From Candidatus Lokiarchaeum ossiferum (lineage in GTDB: Archaea; Asgardarchaeota; Lokiarchaeia; Sigyniarchaeales; Promethearchaeaceae), in NCBI GenBank assembly GCA_025839675.1, contig CP104013.1, forward strand, positions 4,440,001 through 4,472,000: DNA of 32,000 nt. The letters run 5' to 3'. Below the pieces are notes generated by a model, which did not search any database, was not told the origin of the DNA, and worked only from the letters and a program-made list of their open reading frames with translations. The position numbers and the translations under genes were made by a program. Below are positions 26,010 to 32,000 of the stretch, one piece after another; within the stretch, counting starts at the first letter, position 1, and every line of letters starts with the position of its first letter.

Positions 26010-26741
26010 ATGAAAATTCAAATTGTGAGTGATCTCCATCTAGAATTTGGAGACTATACCTTGCCTCAATGTGAACGGGACTTGTTAATCGTTGCAGGTG
26101 ATGTTCATGTGGGAAAAAAAGCTGTATCGTTTTTAAAAGAGCAACTTGAATGGAGTCCCGTGGTGTATATTTTGGGCAACCATGAATTTTATGAACATGA
26201 TATTGAAACGATAACTACTTTCTATAAGGAACTTCATCTTCCAGGATTACATGTTTTAGATAATTCTGGATTTGAAATGGATTGTGTTCGTTTTTTGGGT
26301 TGCACTTTATGGACTGATGCAAATCAACAAAATGCAATAGATATCCAAAATGTAAAAGGAGGTCTCAATGATTTTCGGTTGATTAAAAATGGTGATCGCA
26401 TATTTACAGTCCAAGATTCTATTAATCGTCATCTTGCAAGTGTGATGTGGTTATCTAATGAATTGAAGAAGCCATACAATGGTAAAACCGTGATAATTAC
26501 TCATCATTTACCCAGTTTGAGATCGATTGATCCAAAATATTCTTTCAGTGCATTGAATTATGCTTTTGCGTCTGATTTGGACAATATAATCGTTGAAAAT
26601 GCTCCCACCTTGTGGATTCATGGGCATACTCATGAGAGTGCGAATTATCAGATTGGAGCGACCAAGGTGATTTGCAATCCAAGGGGATATTACAATGAAA
26701 TTAATTCCAAATTTGATCCTCACTTGATTATCAATTTGTAA
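26010..26741 (+). CDS. Calcineurin-like metallophosphoesterase
   Basis: 243 aa. The full metal-binding motif set is present: VSDLHLE, AGDVH, GNHEF, ITHH, GHTHE. Confidence 0.85.
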   Translation: MKIQIVSDLHLEFGDYTLPQCERDLLIVAGDVHVGKKAVSFLKEQLEWSPVVYILGNHEFYEHDIETITTFYKELHLPGLHVLDNSGFEMDCVRFLGCTLWTDANQQNAIDIQNVKGGLNDFRLIKNGDRIFTVQDSINRHLASVMWLSNELKKPYNGKTVIITHHLPSLRSIDPKYSFSALNYAFASDLDNIIVENAPTLWIHGHTHESANYQIGATKVICNPRGYYNEINSKFDPHLIINL

Positions 26742-26863
26742 CTCTCTATATTTGTTATTTACTATATTTTAATAGATTTTGCGACTTATCTGTCATTTTT
26801 CTTCGGTAACTCTAAAGCATTGAAGTGTCCTATCATATATATTGAATTATTCCTATCCCAAAC

Positions 26864-27937
26864 TTGGTGACTACAATTTCACTTAGAGAAATCGAACTTG
26901 GTATCTGGTTGACAATTGCGATAATCCCCTTTGTAGGGTCTCTTCTAAGTGCCAAAGGATATAAAAAATGGCAAATTAAGCCATATTTACTTCTAATTTT
27001 GATGAATGTTTTTATGAGTTTGTATGGGATGCTGTACTTTGTTGGACGTTTGATCAATAACGTTGAATTTATTATGGCTGGGTTTGTTTGCGTGAATGTT
27101 GTTTTAATGCTCAATACCAGTTTTATTTTATCCATTTATAGTCCTCGTATCCCGAAACTTATATTGATTCAAATTCAAATTATTTTTTTAATCTTATCCA
27201 TTCATGCTACTTTTTCTACCCCACCTCAGCTCTCTGATGAACAAATGCTTTTTCCGATAATGGAAAAAATTGGAATGATAGGGGGGTTATTCATCTTTTT
27301 TATAACTATTATAGGTTATTCGGTTTTTTCTTTAAAGAAAGTGAAAACAAGGAATCTGCCAAAAAAATTAAACATTTTTCCAATTACATTATTAATAGGT
27401 ATTTTTTCGACCTTAATTCTCTATCTTCTCGTAATTTTGATCAACATTCCTCTTTTCTTCGCTTTAATTCCTGGTCTACTTAGTTTTTCTTTAGTTGCTT
27501 TTATCCTACTATTTATTCCCTCGTCATTATTTATAACTCCAATTGAACCTTTACATCTTGCTATAATAAGCCATACTGGAAAAACTCTGTTTAGCAGAAA
27601 TTTTCAGCAAGATATCAAAGATGAAGTGATACATGGTGCCATCTCGGCAATTAATGTGATTTTTCAAAAATATTTAGATCCCAAATCACAACTTAAACAA
27701 CTTCTCTTTGAAAATTTAGTATGTTATGTGGAATTTCGTCCACATTATTTTATCATACTCATTGATCGATATTATTTTAAACAAATGGAATCTACTCTTA
27801 GACAATTTGTGAGTTCTGTTGATCCAATAATTTCCAATCTACCTTCTGACTGGGATGGTGATCTTCTCTCTTTGGGATCAGATATACTTCCCATTTTCGA
27901 GCAAAAATTCAAATTTATTCCCGAAATGCTACGTTAA
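26864..27937 (+). CDS. 7TM membrane protein with a C-terminal longin/roadblock-like alpha/beta domain
   Basis: 357 aa with a TTG start per the track (GTG is the next codon). About 7 TM helices span residues 13-224. The C-terminal domain (residues about 228-325, nt 27545-27838) reads LHLAIISHTGKTLFSRNF-...-VIHGAISAINVIFQKYL-...-LLFENLVCYVEFRPHYFIILIDR-...-MESTLRQFVSSV. This gives the beta-beta-alpha-beta-beta-beta-alpha order of longin / sigma-adaptin-like or roadblock folds. Confidence 0.55.
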   Translation: MVTTISLREIELGIWLTIAIIPFVGSLLSAKGYKKWQIKPYLLLILMNVFMSLYGMLYFVGRLINNVEFIMAGFVCVNVVLMLNTSFILSIYSPRIPKLILIQIQIIFLILSIHATFSTPPQLSDEQMLFPIMEKIGMIGGLFIFFITIIGYSVFSLKKVKTRNLPKKLNIFPITLLIGIFSTLILYLLVILINIPLFFALIPGLLSFSLVAFILLFIPSSLFITPIEPLHLAIISHTGKTLFSRNFQQDIKDEVIHGAISAINVIFQKYLDPKSQLKQLLFENLVCYVEFRPHYFIILIDRYYFKQMESTLRQFVSSVDPIISNLPSDWDGDLLSLGSDILPIFEQKFKFIPEMLR

Positions 27938-27948
27938 ATTTGCTTTAT

Positions 27949-29445
27949 TTATATTGAAGGTAAGAATTTTGGAGGATGGCGGACTTTAATTGCTTGCTCT
28001 AAAGCGTAAGCAAAACCTAGTAATTCTTTTTCCGAAAATTTTGGACCAATAAATGAAATTCCTACGGGGAGTTCAAAGACGTATCCCATTGGTATTGTAA
28101 TACTCGGATATCCCGAAATTGCTGCAGGAGATGTGCTGGATCCGGTGTGATGATCTCCGTTTATATGATCAATTGGCCAAGCTGGGCTTCCCGTAGGTGC
28201 AATTATGACATCGAGATTAAATTCTTTCAATGTGGTATCCAATCCTTTTTCTTGGGCAAGAGTTTTACAAGTTTGAATCGCTTTGAGATATTCTTCAGTT
28301 TCTAAGGATTCTTTCTCATGAGCCAATTTTAAGATTTCTTGCCTGAAAAAAGGCATAGTTTCTGTACTGTGGGAAGAATTAAAATCAATTAATTCTTCCA
28401 GTGAGTGTACGGGGAGTTTTGCGTCTAAGTTTACTAAATATTTGTTCAAATCTGTTTTAAATTCATAAAGTAGAGCCAAAAATTCTGCATCGCCAACTTC
28501 ATCGGGAAAATCAATATTCGCAGGATCAACAATGATACCGCCTAATTTTTGGATAGTTTTGATCATTTCTTCCATTAAAGGGTCAACATGATGATTTACT
28601 CCGAAAAAATTTCGAGCAACTCCAACACGCTTGCCTTGTAGAGCATTTAAATTGAGGTTTTGAGTATAATCTGTTTGAAACTTATTAGTTGGATCCATGG
28701 TGCTAGGATCAAGTGGATCTTGAGGTGATGGTCCAACCATCGTTCCTAATAAAATTGCCACGTCTTCAACTGTACGACCCATAGGACCAGCGGTATCTTG
28801 ACTGTGGGCAATAGGAATGATCCCTGTCCGACTTAACAATCCGATTGTGGGTTTTAAACCTACTATTGAGTTGATGTGGGAAGGACAAATTACCGATCCA
28901 TCCGTTTCAGTCCCAATTGCAACAGTGCACATATTTGTGGCTACTGCTACTGCAGATCCTGAACTTGATCCACATGGACTCCGATCTAAAACATAAGGAT
29001 TTTTAGTTTGCCCACCTCTACTGCTCCAACCACTCGCTGAATGGGTTGATCGAAAATTCGCCCATTCACTCAGATTTGCTTTAGCAAGAATAATTGCTCC
29101 CGCATCCCGCAAATTTTTCACAATGAAAGCATCTTTGGAAGGAAAATTGTTTAGTAAAGCTAAAGATCCTGCTGTTGTCATCATTTTATCTTGTGAATCA
29201 ATATTATCTTTTAAAATAACTGGAATCCCATGAAGTTCGCTTCTGATTTTTCCCGTTTGCCTTTCTAGATCTAATTGTTGCGCAATTTTTATAGCATTCG
29301 GGTTGATCTCTAAAATTGCATTAACTTTGGGGCCTTTTTTATCGATTTTTTCTATTTGTTTTAAGTAAAGATCAACCAGTTTTTCAGAACTGAGTTCATT
29401 TGTCTTAAATAGTTTTTGTAATTCCGTAATTGAATATTCTTTCAC
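27949..29445 (-). CDS. Amidase-signature family amidase (GatA-like fold)
   Basis: 498 aa. Contains LHGIPVILKDNI (catalytic Lys context) and the Gly/Ser-rich signature GGQTKNPY...SPCGSSSGSAVAVA...GTETDGSVICPS. Confidence 0.9.
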   Translation of the reverse strand: MKEYSITELQKLFKTNELSSEKLVDLYLKQIEKIDKKGPKVNAILEINPNAIKIAQQLDLERQTGKIRSELHGIPVILKDNIDSQDKMMTTAGSLALLNNFPSKDAFIVKNLRDAGAIILAKANLSEWANFRSTHSASGWSSRGGQTKNPYVLDRSPCGSSSGSAVAVATNMCTVAIGTETDGSVICPSHINSIVGLKPTIGLLSRTGIIPIAHSQDTAGPMGRTVEDVAILLGTMVGPSPQDPLDPSTMDPTNKFQTDYTQNLNLNALQGKRVGVARNFFGVNHHVDPLMEEMIKTIQKLGGIIVDPANIDFPDEVGDAEFLALLYEFKTDLNKYLVNLDAKLPVHSLEELIDFNSSHSTETMPFFRQEILKLAHEKESLETEEYLKAIQTCKTLAQEKGLDTTLKEFNLDVIIAPTGSPAWPIDHINGDHHTGSSTSPAAISGYPSITIPMGYVFELPVGISFIGPKFSEKELLGFAYALEQAIKVRHPPKFLPSI

Positions 29446-29578
29446 AATGATCCATCCTAAGAGTAAGAAAACCTAACAACCTAAGAAATAAAAGTTTTTT
29501 TGGATGAGGGAGTGATATCTTTTCTCCTGGCAACGAAAGACTGATTTATTTGAATTAATAGAAAAAATTAAACGATTT

Positions 29579-30211
29579 TTACCCCGTCCGTAAATCTGTA
29601 GGAATATGGGAAATTACGTTGAATTGATGTAATTGAAAACTCTGAAGTGTGGAATTATGTTGGATTCTCGTAATACTGCAATTGTAGACTGGAAATCCCA
29701 TGTTAAATCGATGACCGAAGGGTATATTCAATAATCCACATAAAATTACTCGTATAACTCCTCCATGGGCAACAAGTGCTACTTTTGAATCATTATTTTG
29801 AATAAGTTGCTTTATTAAAGGGGATAATCTTTGAAAAACTTCGTAACCACTTTCTCCGTTAGGATAATTGAAATCTGTGTTTCTTCTACAATATATCCTA
29901 AAAATCTCTGGCGAAATCGTTGTAAAATTCTCCCATCCCCCTGTTTCTAAATCACCAAAATAAATTTCCCTTAATTCTGGTTGTGGAGTTACTGGTAGCC
30001 TTATTTCCTGTGAGATCTGTTCAGAGGTCTGGATGGTTCTTAACATGTCACTTGAATATATTTTGTTTATAGATTCGGATTTTAAAAATTTTCCCGTAAG
30101 TTGAGCTTGTTGTTTTCCACGTTTGGTCAGAGGAGGATCATTTCTTTTATTTATGGGATTAAACTGGGCTATTTTCTGTTTTTCACCATGTCGTATTAAA
30201 ATTAGTTCCAC
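29579..30211 (-). CDS. Histidine phosphatase (phosphoglycerate mutase-like) family protein
   Basis: 210 aa. N-terminal LILIRHGE (RHG motif), SDMLRTIQT, and the second catalytic His in LVAHGGVIR. Confidence 0.85.
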   Translation of the reverse strand: MELILIRHGEKQKIAQFNPINKRNDPPLTKRGKQQAQLTGKFLKSESINKIYSSDMLRTIQTSEQISQEIRLPVTPQPELREIYFGDLETGGWENFTTISPEIFRIYCRRNTDFNYPNGESGYEVFQRLSPLIKQLIQNNDSKVALVAHGGVIRVILCGLLNIPFGHRFNMGFPVYNCSITRIQHNSTLQSFQLHQFNVISHIPTDLRTG

Positions 30212-30580
30212 AAGAAAATAAGATATAAAATTCCATATAAAGTTTATAAAATATGATTAAAGTCAAGAAACCTATTGAATCAAGTATTAATTGAATTGAT
30301 GGATGATTCTAATTAATTTTGTCCTTTATTTTTTGCATAGAGGGTTGTTCAATTTTAGGCTCTCTTATTTCCATTGGTTACCAGAATTATTATGGGAAAA
30401 TTCATTGCTCTGATTCCTTTCTTTGATTAATGGATGAGAAAAAACTTCTTTGTAGAAATTGAATACAATTTTTTAATACATATCTATAATATTTACTTGA
30501 GAGCAATAACTTCAATTTTCAGACAAAAACCACCACAAATGTAAAAATATTTTTTTAGTTTTCATGGAAGAATTAATAGG

Positions 30581-30605
30581 TTGCAAAGCTTCCCTCCGTT
30601 TGCAA
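30581..30605. promoter_or_regulatory. Perfect 7-bp inverted repeat TTGCAAA-N11-TTTGCAA upstream of the IscU-like gene
   Basis: Seen directly, about 55 nt upstream of the ATG at 30662, within a 450-nt intergenic region. It could be an operator or an RNA hairpin. Confidence 0.2.
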
Positions 30606-30661
30606 ATTAGATTAATTACTGCATAATCATTCAATTTTTAAGGAAATATTCTAATATATCA

Positions 30662-31096
30662 ATGATGGATGAGTTTGATGATTTAGTTAATGATTTACAA
30701 AACCAGGTGAACCAAAAAGATCAAGCTGATTTTTCACCTTATGCTTTAAGTCTGGCCCAAAATCCTTATCATAACATGAAATTGGACCCTGAACCTGACG
30801 TATACATCCACGAATGGCAAGGTCCATGTGGAGATTCTGTATGTTGGTATTTAAAAATTGTTGATAACTTTATCCAAGAAGCATATTTTAGCACGAATGG
30901 ATGTATGACTGCAATTATCGCCAGTTCTCAGACGGCGAAAATGGTTCATCATCAATATATTGCAGATGTTCGTAAGTTAACCCATGAACAAGTGCTTCAT
31001 GCTTTAGGAAAATTTCCTGAGGCAGATCATCATTGTATTACTTTAGCTCTAAATTCTCTCAATTTAACTTTAAATCTATATTGTAAAACACTTTAG
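30662..31096 (+). CDS. IscU/NifU-N-like Fe-S cluster scaffold protein
   Basis: 144 aa. The three conserved Cys contexts are present: GPCGDSV, NGCMTAIIASSQ, HHCITLALNSL. The 3' end overlaps the convergent neighbouring gene by 4 nt. Confidence 0.75.
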   Translation: MMDEFDDLVNDLQNQVNQKDQADFSPYALSLAQNPYHNMKLDPEPDVYIHEWQGPCGDSVCWYLKIVDNFIQEAYFSTNGCMTAIIASSQTAKMVHHQYIADVRKLTHEQVLHALGKFPEADHHCITLALNSLNLTLNLYCKTL

Positions 31097-32000
31097 ATTA
31101 GTTTTTGTTTCTTTAATGCTTTTTTTTTCTGTTTGATTTCTTTTTTAAGGAGTTTCAATTCCAATTTCCAAGATTTTAATCTTGTTTTGATTTCTTTCTT
31201 CTCTTCCTTGGATTTCCCTTTCTGTTTTTTTAAAGTATTAATATTATTTGTAATTTCGGTAAATTTCATCACCAATTCATTATACTTATCTAAAGGAGAT
31301 TTTTGAATTTGCTGTTCTTCCTTCTCTTTTTTAGTTGAAATTGGTATTTCGGGCGATTTATCAAGAGATTCAAATTCTGGTTTAATTATCGGTATAGTTT
31401 CAAGTAATTGTTGTTGTTTCATCTGTTTTTGATCAATGGTTTCTTGTTTTCTTTGTTCTCTTGCAATTTCTTCCTGTTCTTTTTGTTTTAATTGTTTCAA
31501 TCGTTCACTTTCTAATCTTTCATGTTCTAATCGCATATGTTCTTGATGCTGTTGTTCGATTCGTTCTCTTTCCAGTTGTATTTCCTTTTGCTTTTCCAAT
31601 TCGATTTGTTCTTTCTCTCTTTGAATTTGTTCTAAGCGTTCTTGTTCCTTTTGTTCTTCTGTTTCTATTGCTTGAATCCAAGAGTGCACATCTTCTAAAT
31701 ACTTTTCTTTATCTCTTGGGTTCAAACCAAAACCAAATTTTTCCTTTTGCAAAATATTTGCAATTTTACTCATATTCCAGATATAATCGGTATGTAGTTT
31801 CAAATCCTTAATTTTGTCCCTGACTTCACTAAACGCATTTCCAATCTCAATCATTTCGTAATCTTCGATGATCAATCTTTCCAAATATCTTAACATCGCT
31901 TTAATAGAATCTTGCGGCATCGGAGGTAGAATTCTTTGTTGTACGCGAGGATTTTTTTGAAATCCAAACTGAAATGTTGAATTAGATTCTGTCGGCCCTT
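31093..32000 (-). CDS. Glu/Lys/Gln/Arg-rich coiled-coil protein; true start may lie beyond the right window edge
   Basis: The track ORF is 31093-31920 (275 aa). My translation of 31921-32000 in the same frame (...GPTESNSTFQFGFQKNPRVQQRILPP-MPQDS) has no stop, so the ORF is open to the edge. The central about 120 aa are heptad-like charged repeats (EQKEQERLEQIQREKEQIELEKQKEIQLERERIEQQHQEHMRLEHERLESERLKQ). Confidence 0.55.
   Translation of the reverse strand, partial: GPTESNSTFQFGFQKNPRVQQRILPPMPQDSIKAMLRYLERLIIEDYEMIEIGNAFSEVRDKIKDLKLHTDYIWNMSKIANILQKEKFGFGLNPRDKEKYLEDVHSWIQAIETEEQKEQERLEQIQREKEQIELEKQKEIQLERERIEQQHQEHMRLEHERLESERLKQLKQKEQEEIAREQRKQETIDQKQMKQQQLLETIPIIKPEFESLDKSPEIPISTKKEKEEQQIQKSPLDKYNELVMKFTEITNNINTLKKQKGKSKEEKKEIKTRLKSWKLELKLLKKEIKQKKKALKKQKLI

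Noticed and set aside
787-31811. Short track ORFs lying antisense to or inside longer well-supported genes: 787-1089, 3000-3338, 3354-3587, 6379-6570, 7136-7354, 8081-8302, 9542-9919, 10482-10682, 12167-12364, 15288-15491, 16047-16259, 17023-17229, 20712-20996, 21512-21703, 22116-22364, 24356-24619, 25782-26039, 26508-26723, 26833-27135, 31461-31811
   Set aside because: Each overlaps a longer ORF carrying clear family motifs or membrane topology. Their translations are low-complexity or shadow-frame-like, and none has a recognisable motif. I treat them as shadow ORFs, which are typical of AT-rich sequence.

Overview
AT-rich chromosomal segment, roughly one-third GC from hand counts on sampled lines. 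I read it as archaeal, because the only RNA gene is a tRNA-Asp(GUC) split by a 31-nt T-loop intron that folds into a bulge-helix-bulge splice motif. The eukaryote-like signalling proteins (SDS22-type LRR + TPR + Hanks kinase; a 7TM protein with a longin/roadblock-like tail) would fit an Asgard-like lineage, but this cannot be established from the window. I support about 29 protein-coding genes. Recognisable housekeeping or accessory enzymes and transporters: aldo/keto reductase, HxlR regulator, GNAT, MsrB, EamA transporter, Gfo/Idh/MocA oxidoreductase, SDR, endonuclease V, MFS transporter, amidase, histidine phosphatase, metallophosphoesterase, IscU/NifU-like scaffold and an Ntn-type linear amide hydrolase. 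Lineage-specific genes are interspersed. I found no rRNA, CRISPR array, integrase, transposase or cas-like gene. Most worth a second look: (1) a monocistronic 1098-aa orphan ORF (18442-21738) with no catalytic signature I can recognise, lying between the intron-containing tRNA plus a PIN/RHH-UPF0175 toxin-antitoxin pair and a hybrid histidine kinase; (2) the T-loop tRNA intron; (3) a signalling-dense stretch (22.0-27.9 kb) holding a hybrid kinase, two unrelated 7TM proteins (one fused to a longin/roadblock-like domain) and a phosphoesterase pair; (4) the 916-aa LRR-TPR-Ser/Thr kinase. All functional calls rest on motifs read by eye. No database search was possible.
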